A DNA stretch of 64,000 bases from Eledone cirrhosa (taxonomy: Eukaryota). Every line of letters starts with the position of its first letter. Position 1 is the first letter of the stretch. Where the stretch lies: the NCBI GenBank assembly GCA_964016885.1, contig OZ024760.1, forward strand, positions 22,196,001 to 22,260,000, written 5' to 3'. Under the pieces are notes generated by a model that ran no database searches, was not told where the DNA came from, and saw only the letters and a program-made list of their open reading frames with translations. This document shows, piece after piece, positions 28,371 through 39,687 of this stretch. The position numbers and the translations under genes are program-made.

Positions 28371-28569
28371 ATATATATACATACATATATATATACATAT
28401 ATATACATACAAGTAAATATAAATGTATATATATGATGAAACACAAATACCAACATATCTATGTTTATATTTGTATTATACTTGTATTATACGGCTCAGA
28501 AATATTTCTTTCTTTGAGCTATTTCATTGTAAAGGAATGCTTGAGTTTTGAACTCAATACACTTAATAT

Positions 28570-28638
<69 letters not shown>

Positions 28639-28729
28639 TATATATATATACACACACATATATATACATACACACACATATATATACATACACACACATA
28701 CATAAACACTGGCACATAGAAACACATAC

Positions 28730-28777
<48 letters not shown>

Positions 28778-28780
<3 letters not shown>

Positions 28781-29310
28781 TGGGAATACGGAAGATGATG
28801 TGGTCGAGAGGTAAAGCAAAGCCTGGGCGGCGTGCCACAGCTTGAGATCGGTGTGGAAGATCGGTGTGTAAAGACCTGAAGATCCTTCTCTTCGTTGATG
28901 TAGTGGAGTCTGTGCTGCTGTACGGGTCTGAGACTTGGACACTGACCAAGAAACTTACTCAGATGGTGGATGAGAATGCTGAGGATGGCTCTGAACATTA
29001 ATCAGTATATATTGAGAATGAAGAACTCAGAGCTGTATGGGAGCCTCCCAAAAGTCAGCTCAAAAGTGACACAGAGGAGACTGAGGTTAGCTGGACATGC
29101 TTACCGGCATCCAGAGTTGACACTGCACTCAGTGCTCCTGTGGGAGCCCCTGCATGGACACACTGGAAGAGGAAGACCGAGGTTGACATATGTTGATGCC
29201 CTAAGAACAGACACTGGTCTGTTGAAGACGCATGACATGGCAGCGATAATGAGGGACAGAGACCGCTGGAGAGAACTTGTCCATGGATCTCGGGAATTTT
29301 ACCCGCCCGT
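28778..29310 (+). mobile_element. RTE/RTE-X LINE 3' fragment (RT C-terminus), disrupted
   Basis: [34 protein letters not shown] and DRDRWR motifs. Confidence 0.9.
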
Positions 29311-29401
29311 TTATTTGATATTACTGATAAAAAAAAAAAAAACTGAAATTCAATGAAATAATTATCCCTCTTTTACTCCACACCTGACGCGTGGCTAAAT
29401 A

Positions 29402-29536
29402 GTCACGGTGCCGGCTAAGTGGTCACGGTGCCGCCTATGTGGTCACGGTGCCGGCTATGTGGTCACGGTGCCGGCTATGTGGTCACGGTGCCGGCTAAGT
29501 GGTCACGGTGCCGGCTAAGTGGTCACGGTGCCGGCT
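29402..29536. repeat. 20-bp tandem repeat (gtggtcacggtgccggctaw), about 7 copies
   Basis: Direct periodicity. Confidence 0.9.
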
Positions 29537-29646
29537 TTACGCTGAGAAAATCGTAGGGTCGTATCGATAAACGAATGACGTTTCGTTTTCCAGAATAACC
29601 GCTTTATTTTACGTTATATTATCTATGACAACTGTGACATCCGATG

Positions 29647-29703
<57 letters not shown>

Positions 29704-29794
29704 GTAAAAGATATCCTGCCCTCTTTATAGTGACGAAACATAAACCTTTATTTACTGCTATATATATTTCTTAGATATGCCAGCTCTGTGTTTT

Positions 29795-29844
<50 letters not shown>

Positions 29845-30042
29845 TATATACATATATATATCTTCATATCTTTATATATAAAAATATTCATATCCTCTCT
29901 CTCTCTCTATATATATATATACGCATATATATATATATAAATGATTGCGTATGTTTATATATATATACACGCATATATATATATATAAATATATAAATGA
30001 GAGTATGTTTATATATATATATACATATATATATACATATAT

Positions 30043-30435
30043 ATAGTATAACTGAACAAAAAAGAAAAAACGAGCACAGACATATAGATATATGTGTTCA
30101 AATCGTAATGGACCAGAAACGCTAAGGTGAAAAAAACACTAATAGGGTTTGTAATAGGGTTTGCTAGACTCAATTTAAGAATAAATCAAGAAAAATAAAT
30201 ACAAACCAGTATTGTGTAACTATCCATGAGTCTAGCAAACCCTATTGTCTGTAGTTAGTATTTTTTTCACCTTAGTGTTTCTGGTCCATTACGATTTGAA
30301 CACATCCATGTATATGACTGTGTTCGTTTTTCTTTTTCGTTTAGTTATACTATACGGCTCGGAAAAACCTTTTTCCTAGAGGTAATTTTACTGTAATGGG
30401 ACTATTTTGAGTTTCTAACTCAATACATGCCTTTA
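30043..30435 (+). mobile_element. Fold-back element (~125-bp arms) with pLTR-type TTGAGTT..AACTCAA tail
   Basis: Arms 30043-30171 and 30228-30353; tail motif shared with ~14730 and ~28541; (TA)n flanks. Confidence 0.6.
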
Positions 30436-30465
30436 ATATATATATATATATATAATATATACATA

Positions 30466-30502
<37 letters not shown>

Positions 30503-30729
30503 GAGAGTGTATGTTTGTATATATATATATCTATATCCCTCTCTCTCTATATATATATATACACATACGCATATATATATAAATGAGAGTGTATGTTTGT
30601 ATATATATATATATCTATATATATATATATACACATACGCATATATATATAAATGAGAGTGTATGTTTGTATATCTCTCTCTCTATATATATACACATAC
30701 GCATATATATATAAATTAGAGTGTATGTT

Positions 30730-30775
<46 letters not shown>

Positions 30776-31268
30776 TGTATATACGTGTGCGAAATGTCAG
30801 TTTAAGACAGACTATTGCTGTTTAATAAGGCAGAATGTGTTTTTAAAAGTCTATTAATAGCGACATTAGCAGATCTAATGAGAACCACATGTGTTGTTTT
30901 AGAGAGGAGATGAATGCTTATATAATGGCAGTATACCCACGTGCACACCTCTATACATGGCTTCATATACACACACACTCTAATACACACACACATATAC
31001 ATACACACAGACACACATATATATACGCACAAACATATACATACCCGCACACATACACGCACATATATATATATATGATTGAAATCAATATACATCAATA
31101 TATAGATATTATCAGTAGCAATAGAAAGACCAATGGAATCATTGGTAGCCTGGTTCGATTGGACAGGTTCCACCCCAATTGGCAAGCGAATGAAGTCTGA
31201 GAACTAATCGGTAGTTTCCACTCTCCCTCTCTAACTCTGTATGTGTGCATATATATCTATCTATCTAT

Positions 31269-31521
31269 CTAAGGCGGGTAAAATTCCCGAGATCCATGGA
31301 CGAGTTCTCTCCAGCGGTCTCTGTCCCTCATTATCGCTGCCATATCCTGCATCTCCAACAGACCAGTGTCTGTCCTTAGGACATCAACATATGTTAACCT
31401 TGGTCTTCCGCTTCTAGTGTGTCCATGTAGGGGCTCCCAAAGGAGCACTGAGTGCAATGTCAACTCTGGATGTCGGTGAGCATGTCCAGCCAACCTCAGT
31501 CTCCTCTGTGTCAGCTCAAAA

Positions 31522-31522
<1 letters not shown>
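31269..31522 (-). mobile_element. RTE/RTE-X LINE 3' end, second copy
   Basis: TQRRLRLAGH..GRPRLTYVD..DRDRWRELVHGSREFYPP*, near-identical to 29070-29308. Confidence 0.9.
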
Positions 31523-31562
<40 letters not shown>

Positions 31563-31780
31563 TTTTGGGGAAGCACAGCCTAAGTCTTTGGATAAACTGG
31601 CAGCAAATGCCTGAAGATCAACTATGTCTTCTGGTACACCAATGGCAATCACTTCATGGTTTACAGATTCAGTGGCGTTCTCATTGCCTCTAGATTCAGC
31701 AAGAGGTAGGCAGAGATTTTTTAACAAGGCACTCCAGTAAGATCCCTCATTGTGAGGTTCTACAGGAATGCTTGATATAT

Positions 31781-31997
31781 AACGAAGGAAATGTGGTAAG
31801 GAACCAGGTGGACCATAACGCACCAAAGTACTCAATACTTAGGGTAGTAGAGTGGGTAATAGGAACAAGTAAGACCCCGACGGCTGAGCTCAAGCCGTTT
31901 CGACGGCTAATTCTGGACTAAATAAAAAAAATTTTTTAGTCCAGAATTAGCCGTCGAAACGGCTTGAGCTCAGCCGTCGGGGTCCTACTCGTTCCTA
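31781..31997 (-). mobile_element. Fold-back element, family F1
   Basis: Long inverted arms around an A/T spacer at ~31925. Confidence 0.78.
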
Positions 31998-32021
31998 TAT
32001 ATATATATATATATATATATA

Positions 32022-32388
32022 TACCATCTGTAGACACCTGAAATATAGGCATTGTTAGCTTAAGAGAAACTTAAAATTAAAGAGTGGTACTCCAATCTGA
32101 ACTTGTTTATAGTATTCTTTCTGTCTTTGTCACTCTAAATATAAATTATAGCTTTTAAAGAATTCCCTTTTCTTTAAACCCATCAACCATTGACCCCCAC
32201 CCCTCCAAATACCCCACCCTCTCCTACCACCGGAAAAGATATATATACTACCATATTTACTTGGACAGTCAGCTTCCTGATGATTTCTCTCGAATGAAAC
32301 AGTTCTAGTCATGTAGAAGATTTTCTATATTAAACATTTATACTCTGCTATGTATTGAGTACATTAACCCCGACTGAACCCAGAATAA

Positions 32389-32390
<2 letters not shown>
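32022..32390 (+). mobile_element. 5'-truncated Penelope-like element end (CRH-stop, 3'UTR, hammerhead, tail)
   Basis: TICRHLKYRHC* at 32023 resembles the C-terminal CxH of the 38483 ORF (short match); hammerhead at 32273; (TA)n flanks. Confidence 0.6.
32273..32319 (+). ncRNA. Type I hammerhead ribozyme (CTAG loop family)
   Basis: cttc-CTGATGA-t ttc tctc gaa t-GAAA-ca gttctagtca tg-TA-gaag. Confidence 0.75.
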
Positions 32391-32437
<47 letters not shown>

Positions 32438-32489
32438 ATATATATGTGTGTGTGTGTATGTGTATAATTGTGTATGTGTTGATTCCGCT

Positions 32490-32534
<45 letters not shown>

Positions 32535-32562
32535 ACGCGTGTTGATTCCGTTTATAAATAGA

Positions 32563-32611
<49 letters not shown>

Positions 32612-32943
32612 CCTCTACTTTAAATGAACTTCTATCCAGGAGAGACTGGTTGGGCCAACCTTAACTGGTATCAGTATTAACAATTATGTGTTCTCTGTGG
32701 ATTCTATACCAATAGCATTAAAAATATACTCGTTAATAGCATTAAAAGTATACCAATAGCATTGACAGTATATACGTACATACACGCACCAAACATATGT
32801 ATGAACTGTTCCACTTTTCTCTCCTCTTTCTATCTTCTTTTCTCTGTCTTTTTTCTCTCTTTATCTTTCTCTGTTTTCCTTTCTATTTTTTCTTTCTCTA
32901 TCTCTCTTTCTTTTTTCTCTCTCTATCTTTATTATTAATATTA

Positions 32944-33132
32944 TGGTGGATTGGCAGTATCGGTAGAGGGTCGGACGCCATGCTTTCCAGCATAGTTACG
33001 TCCCTTTACGATCTGAGTTCAAATCCCGCCGAGGTTGACTTTGCCTTTCATCCTTACGGGGTCGATAAAATAAAGTACCAGTAATGCACTGGGCAATTGC
33101 TGGCCTTGTGCCTAAAGTAGAAACAATTATTA
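32944..33132 (+). mobile_element. SINE family A, full length
   Basis: A box tggcagtatcgg, B box, Meta-like core, att tail. Confidence 0.9.
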
Positions 33133-33180
33133 ATGATGCTGTAATTTGAATTTGTAAAATTACCGGCCATATAACAATTA

Positions 33181-33284
33181 TCTCCGATGATCTGGTTAAG
33201 CTAACAACGTATTTGAAATTGAGTGTCACTGCTTCAAGTGTTCAGCAATCTTTAGACAACTTAATCAGTGAAACAATTGTCAGA
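33181..33284 (+). ncRNA. Hammerhead with CCGAUGA core and 79-nt stem II
   Basis: tct-CCGATGA-t ctggttaag ... cttaatcag t-GAAA-caattg-TC-aga. Confidence 0.65.
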
Positions 33285-33407
33285 CTGTAAATAAATCCCC
33301 TTTTTGTATTGTTGACCATGTTATTCTTCACTTTTTCAATTTTATTACTCCAAGATAAACTTACATAGGAATACAAGTGAAATCATGAACTCGTCACCTA
33401 CGTAAAC

Positions 33408-34575
33408 ATATATATATATATATATTTAATATATATATATATATATTTAATATATATATATTTAATATATATATATATATATTTAATATATATATATTTA
33501 ATATATATATATTTAATATATATATATATTTAATATATATATATATTTAATATATATATATATATTAAATATATATATATATTTAATATATATATATATA
33601 TTAAATATATATATATATTTAATATATATATATATATTTAATATATATATATATTTAATATATATATATATATTTAATATATATATATATTAAATATATA
33701 TATATATTTAATATATATATATATATTTAATATATATATATATATTAAATATATATATATATTTAATATATATATATATATTAAATATATATATATATTT
33801 AATATATATATATATATTTAATATATATTAAATATATATATATATTTAATATATATATATATATTTAATATATATTAAATATATATATATATTTAATATA
33901 TATATATATATTTAATATATATATATATTAAATATATATATATATATAATATATATATATATATTTAATATATATATATATATTAAATATATATATATAT
34001 ATATTAAATATATATATATATATTTAATATATATATATATATTAAATATATATATATATTAAATATATATATATATAATATATATATTTAATATATATAT
34101 ATATATTAAATATATATATATATTTAATATATATATATATATTTAATATATATATATATTAAATATATATATATATATAATATATATATATATATTTAAT
34201 ATATATATATATATTAAATATATATATATATTTAATATATATATATATATTTAATATATATATATATTAAATATATATATATATATAATATATATATATA
34301 TATTTAATATATATATATAATATATATATATATATTTAATATATATATATATATTAAATATATATATATATATTTAATATATATATATATTTAATATATA
34401 TATATATATATTTAATATATATATACATTTAATATATATATATTTTATATATATATATATATTTAATATATATATATATATATATAATATATATATATAT
34501 TTAATATATATATATATTTAATATATATATATATATATTTACATATATATATATATTTAATATATATATATATAA
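33408..34575. repeat. ~1.17-kb almost pure A/T array: (TA)n with TTTAA/TTAAA units in both orientations
   Basis: Essentially no G or C across the span. Confidence 0.95.
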
Positions 34576-35022
34576 TAAATATTTACACACATATATATAT
34601 ATATATAATATCTATATAAGTAATATATATATATATATATTGACATATATACACATACACACACACACATACATACATATAAATATATGTATAGAGGGAG
34701 AGACAGATAAATAGATGAAAGAAGAGAGGGGGGGGGGGAGAGAGAGGGGGATAATATAAAGAAAGAGAAAGAGATAAAGCGAGAGTGGGAGTGAGAGGAG
34801 AGCGGTGTATATATGATGAGTAGTGATGTAGAACACATATCATTGAATACTTCGTGGAGCCGTTGCCTTGCCAACAACATCCGTATTATTTGACAGCACT
34901 AATTAACTGGCATCATGGCCGACCAGATAATATTTTTGATTGATCTTTGAATACCTGCATCGTCCCTTGTCTGTCTAATTGTGTCTGAGTCTCAATATAG
35001 AAGCTATCCTGGCTTATTTACT

Positions 35023-35057
<35 letters not shown>

Positions 35058-35059
<2 letters not shown>

Positions 35060-35234
35060 AAAGATTTATTTAAAATTGTTGGGTTACAACGAGTAAATAT
35101 TTTATAACTGATATAAAGCACTCAACAGTTTTTGGAGTAGGTTTACGATATTAAACAAATGGAAACTATATTTATAAAACCATATTTATTTTAAATATGG
35201 TTTTATAAATATAGTTTCTATTTGTTTAATATCG

Positions 35235-35240
<6 letters not shown>
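35058..35240 (-). mobile_element. Fold-back pLTR tail, same family as 47510-47860, without the ribozyme
   Basis: Inverted arms 35144-35236; shares atggaaactatatttataaaaccatattta and gatataaagcactcaaca with the 47.5-kb element. Confidence 0.7.
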
Positions 35241-35269
<29 letters not shown>

Positions 35270-35271
<2 letters not shown>

Positions 35272-35446
35272 GGAAAATGTTTGAACTCGACGGCAGAGCT
35301 CAAACCGTTTCTGTCCAGAAATAGCCGTCGAAACGGCTTGAGCTCTGCCATCGGGATCAAACATTTTCCTATAACCCACTCTACTACTCTAAGTATTGAG
35401 TACTCTGGTGCGTTATGGTCCATCTGGTTCCTTACCACACCTCCTT

Positions 35447-35450
<4 letters not shown>
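35270..35450 (+). mobile_element. Fold-back element, family F1
   Basis: Same structure as 2460; (TA)n flanks. Confidence 0.75.
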
Positions 35451-35498
<48 letters not shown>

Positions 35499-35541
35499 AG
35501 AAAAAATTTACGAAATGGAAATGCGGGTATATAGAATTTAT

Positions 35542-35656
35542 TAGGTAACAATTGTTTCTATAGTGTATGAGTTACCTATACCTCGCTCCTTGAATAATAC
35601 ACAAATATTATCAAAAACCGAAAGTACACTGTAAGCCAACACACCATGTCATCAGA

Positions 35657-35660
<4 letters not shown>
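35542..35660 (-). ncRNA. Type I hammerhead with canonical core and 90-nt stem II
   Basis: Minus: taggt-CTGATGA-c atggtgtg ... tacactat a-GAAA-caattg-TT-accta; the insert folds as one long imperfect hairpin; (TA)n flanks. Confidence 0.75.
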
Positions 35661-35747
<87 letters not shown>

Positions 35748-36696
35748 ATACATATTGGGCGGAGGATTAGTGCTATTGTCTTTATACAGCAACCGCCACC
35801 ACCACCACCACGACCACCACCAAACAACAACAACAACATAACCACCTCACCAACTATTTCTATTACTTGTATTACTACTACTACTATTATTACTACTACT
35901 ACAACAGTGTTATTTTCTTTGAAACATAAAACCAACCGACCACTCAACTGCAAAAAATATAAATAAAAAAAACAAAACAAGAAATATAGAAGTCTGTAAA
36001 GCAAAACAAGAGAAATGTTCGCCTACCTCTTAAGAAAGCTAATTCGTTTCCACTTCCGGTAAAATTGTTCTCTCAATTATAAACACTGTCTTGTCATTTC
36101 GTTCGGTTTAGAAAGTTCGGAAGAATTGTCTTCTATTGTCTTGGAGTAAGTGGCTTCCTGGGAATTGGCACACATCACACAGGAATCACAAATTAATTTT
36201 GGCCTGAATAAAAAAAAAAAATACAAATATAAAAGAAGAATGAGAAAAATGTAAAAAGAAACAAAATAAAATTGAATTAAAATATATATAAAAAAAATGA
36301 AAAAAAAAAAAAAAATGTAAAATAGAAATAAAATGAATAAAAAAAAATACAAAACAAAAAAACAAAACAAAAATCAAAACCCAACAAAACAAAAAAGAAA
36401 CAAAAAAAAACAAAAAATAACAAAACAAAACAAAACAAAACAAAAAAGAAAAACAAAAGTAAAATGAAATAAAATGTAAAATACCATATATTATAGTAAA
36501 ATGAAAATAAAAATAACAATGGCCTCATTAGGTAATGTCAGAAAGGGGTGAAGTTAAGATGTCACGTGCTGTGATAGTGTGGGGTGGGATGGGATGGGAT
36601 GGGGTGGGTTGAATGTGGCAGCCAATAATATGGAACTATTTTTTATTGACAGCGGAGGAATTTGTAGGAAACTTTATTAAAAAATATCATTAATAT

Positions 36697-37012
36697 AATT
36701 GTCTACTTTTGTCACAAGTCCAGCAATTACTCCAGTGTATTACTGGTACTATTTTATCGACCCCGTAAGGATAAAAGGCAAAGCTAACCTCGGCGGGATT
36801 TGAACTCAAAACACTAACACAATAAGGGTTTCTACTTTTTGCACAGGGCCAGCAATTACACCAGTGCATTACTGGTACTTTATTTTAGCGACCCCATAAA
36901 GATGAAAGGCAAAATTAACATTGGTGAGATTTGAACTCGGAACGTAAAGGACCATAACTCTATGCTGCAAAACATGGTATCTGATGCTCTACCGATTCTG
37001 CCAATCCACCAT
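36697..37012 (-). mobile_element. Two SINE family A copies
   Basis: Reverse-complement Meta-like core at ~36750 and ~36880. Confidence 0.85.
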
Positions 37013-37260
37013 TTAAATAATATTTGATATTCGACAATATACATTAAATGTTTTTATTCGTATTTTTATTCCTAATTTCCAAATTTCTTAGATTATTTAT
37101 TGTTTTGGTGTTTTAAATATGTTGAGTGTGGCCATGCTGTAGCAGCCTTCTCAAGTATTTTGTGTTTGATTTATTTTTGAGTAGGTTAGATAGGTATATA
37201 TATATATATGTATGACTAATTTTTGAAGGACAACAGAGCGACGTGCTATTAAGGCATGCA

Positions 37261-37294
<34 letters not shown>

Positions 37295-37297
<3 letters not shown>

Positions 37298-37433
37298 AAG
37301 ATGTGGTAAGGAACCAGATGGACCATAACGCACCAGAGTACTCAATACTTAGGGTAGTAGAGTAGGTAATAGGAAAATATTTAACCCCGACGGCAGAGCT
37401 CAAGTCGTTTCGACGGCTATTTCTGGACTGGAG

Positions 37434-37474
<41 letters not shown>

Positions 37475-37655
37475 TATATGTATGACAAGAGTCAGGATTC
37501 CAACGGCTGAGCCACGGCCGTTTCGACAGCCGCCGAAACGGCTGGAGCTCAGCCGTTGGGGTTCTGACTCTTTTCCTGTTACCCACTCTACTACCCTTAG
37601 TATTGGGTACTCTGGTCCTTATGTTCCAACTGGTATCTTACCACACCCGCTTTGA
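37295..37655. mobile_element. Two family F1 copies (37295-37437 minus, no fold-back; 37484-37655 plus, diverged) separated by (TA)n
   Basis: Shared ccactctactaccct..gtattg.gtactctgg tail and GAAA-cggc..gccg motif. Confidence 0.7.
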
Positions 37656-37927
37656 TATATATATATATGTGTATATGTATTCTACGCCCTTTGTGTTTGT
37701 GTAGCCTCTGCGCACCCTCTGCACCATACTATCCACGCCACCCCATCTATGGTTCAGCTAACCACCCGACCCCCGATGACCGCAGCTAGTAAACAAGGAC
37801 CAACACCCCACCCTCCCGCACCAAAATTAGACTTATCGTCCCCTACTTTTGCTCTTTACTCTCTTTACTCTTTGTTCTTGGGTGTTTGGTTGGTAGAGTC
37901 CATAACACCAATCAAACCCCTTTTATA

Positions 37928-37974
37928 GCTCTGATGAACCCTACGGTTACACGTAAGGAAGAAACATTGTTAGC
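37928..37974 (+). ncRNA. Type I hammerhead ribozyme
   Basis: gct-CTGATGA-a cc c tacg gttaca cgta a gg aa-GAAA-cattg-TT-agc; preceded by a C-rich UTR-like tract and followed by (TA)n. Confidence 0.65.
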
Positions 37975-38015
37975 CAATAAAAATCTTTTGATGTTGTAGA
38001 CGCTCTTGTGTTCTT

Positions 38016-38046
<31 letters not shown>

Positions 38047-38440
38047 CGAGGGCAATCCCAAAAGTAATGTCTCCTTTCGATATTGCAACTTTTCCGTTAA
38101 AATCCTGTGGATGGTGCTTCGGGAAACTTCAGGAACCAAAATGCAGAGAGCATCCAGAGTGATCAGCCGATCTTTACGCATGTTTTCCTAGGAAGGAGAC
38201 CATACTTTTGGGATTGCCCTCGTATATAATAACTGCGCGAAATTAGCACTTGGCGGTAGCGTTCAACGGGAGCTCCTTTCTCAACGGCTGCCAAGCCAAG
38301 ATTGAGCATCCCAGCCAAGCGCGGGCATGCTTGTTTGGGAGTGAAAGAAGTACCGATCACAACAATGTTGCCAACAGCCGTACGAACAGTTTCTTTGCGT
38401 CTTCATCGCTTTGAAGACCTTACTTTTGGGATTACCCTCG
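38047..38440 (-). mobile_element. Deleted mariner element(s) with three TIR copies
   Basis: TIR cgagggcaatcccaaaagta at 38047; inverted copies end at 38222 and 38440; TA flanks; HTH fragment RKDRLITLDAL..SRSTIHRILTEKLQYRK. Confidence 0.8.
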
Positions 38441-38482
38441 TATATATATATATATTTATATATACAATATATATATATATAA

Positions 38483-38800
38483 AACTTCAAGACCCGGCTC
38501 TACCAACACCGACATACTTTCCGAAACCCGGTCCAGCGACATGCCACTACACTTTCGGGCCACATCTGGGACCTCCAAGATAATAATATAACCTACAATC
38601 TCACTTGGAGCTTACTGTCCAGAGCTAACTCTTACACGGGAGGACCCCGTCCGTGTAACTTATGCTCGGAGGAAACATTACAAATGCTGTTTTCGAAGGA
38701 CCAACTCCTAAGCAAGGAAGACGAACTGGTAACCGCATGCAAACACAGATTGCGTAGGACTTACGTCGCCCTCAAACCCCATAACGACCCGGGTGGGTAG
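38483..38800 (+). pseudogene. C-terminal part of a Penelope-like GIY-YIG endonuclease (5'-truncated; absent from the ORF track)
   Basis: Open frame NFKTRLYQHRHTF..TTLSGHIWDLQD..TWSLLSRANSY..PCNLCSEE..LLSKEDELVTACKH..*. It fits the FKxRxxxH / LSxxIW / CxLCxxE / CxH pattern of PLE endonucleases (Naiad-like, from memory). Confidence 0.8.
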
Positions 38801-39156
38801 ACATGGGCTGATACCCCCCTACTTGCCGAATTAAGTTAGGGGAAACCCCAGCTTACATAGGTAGATGTATCTCTTTTCTTTTCTTTTCCTCATTGTCTTC
38901 TTCTCCCTGTCTCAAGCTATCACTTCCATCCAGCCCCTATTTTCTTCCTCGTCTGCTTTTCCCCTTTCGCCTAGCCCGATGCAGCCCGTCGGGCCTCTGT
39001 AGCATCAGTTCCCCCACCCCTGTAATTTTAAGATAGTAAAACGTATTCGGCCAATTCTAACTACTTATAGCAGACGTGTTAAACCCCTTTTATTTTTGTA
39101 TCTGTATGATTCTTTAGTCGAATAGGAGCTTTATTGTGTGTACAAACATTAATAAT

Positions 39157-39201
39157 GCTCCGAAGACTCCAAGCTTATGTTTGGAAGAAACAATTGTCAG
39201 C
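39157..39201 (+). ncRNA. Hammerhead with CCGAAGA core
   Basis: gct-CCGAAGA-c tccaagc ttat gtttgga a-GAAA-caattg-TC-agc. Confidence 0.7.
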
Positions 39202-39381
39202 GATTAAATGTTTTATACATAACTTTGATTCTTGTGTATTCAATATTACTGCTCTGTAAAACAACTGATGTTCTTACATTGAGCTATTTATCTTACTGGT
39301 AATAAGGTAGTAATAAATTACTGACCTTTCCTGTTTATAGTTGTCTATAGTATAGTATATACATAACTATCAATAGTATCT

Positions 39382-39412
<31 letters not shown>

Positions 39413-39496
39413 CTTACTTACACATACACATATACACATGCATACACACACACACACATATATATATTTATATATACATGTATGTATATACATTAT

Positions 39497-39687
39497 AGGA
39501 TTGGCAGTATCGGCAGAGGGTCAGACGCCATGCTTTGAAGCATAGAATTACCTCCCTGTATGATCCGATTCAAATCTCGCCGAGGTTAACTTTGCCTTTC
39601 ATCCTTACGGGGGTCGATAAAATAAAGTACCAGTAATGCACTGGGGATAATTGCTGGCCTTGTGCCCCAAAAGCAGAAACAATTATA
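39497..39687 (+). mobile_element. SINE family A
   Basis: A/B boxes and Meta-like core. Confidence 0.88.

Larger units (their letters stand above)
38481..39390 (+). mobile_element. 5'-truncated Penelope-like element (endonuclease end, 3'UTR and pLTR with hammerhead) in (TA)n
   Basis: ORF end at 38483-38800, hammerhead at 39157, (TA)n at both ends. Confidence 0.8.

Noticed and set aside
37120-37160. Minus-strand TTGAGAA plus ggc..gcc hairpin
   Set aside because: No GAAA after the hairpin.
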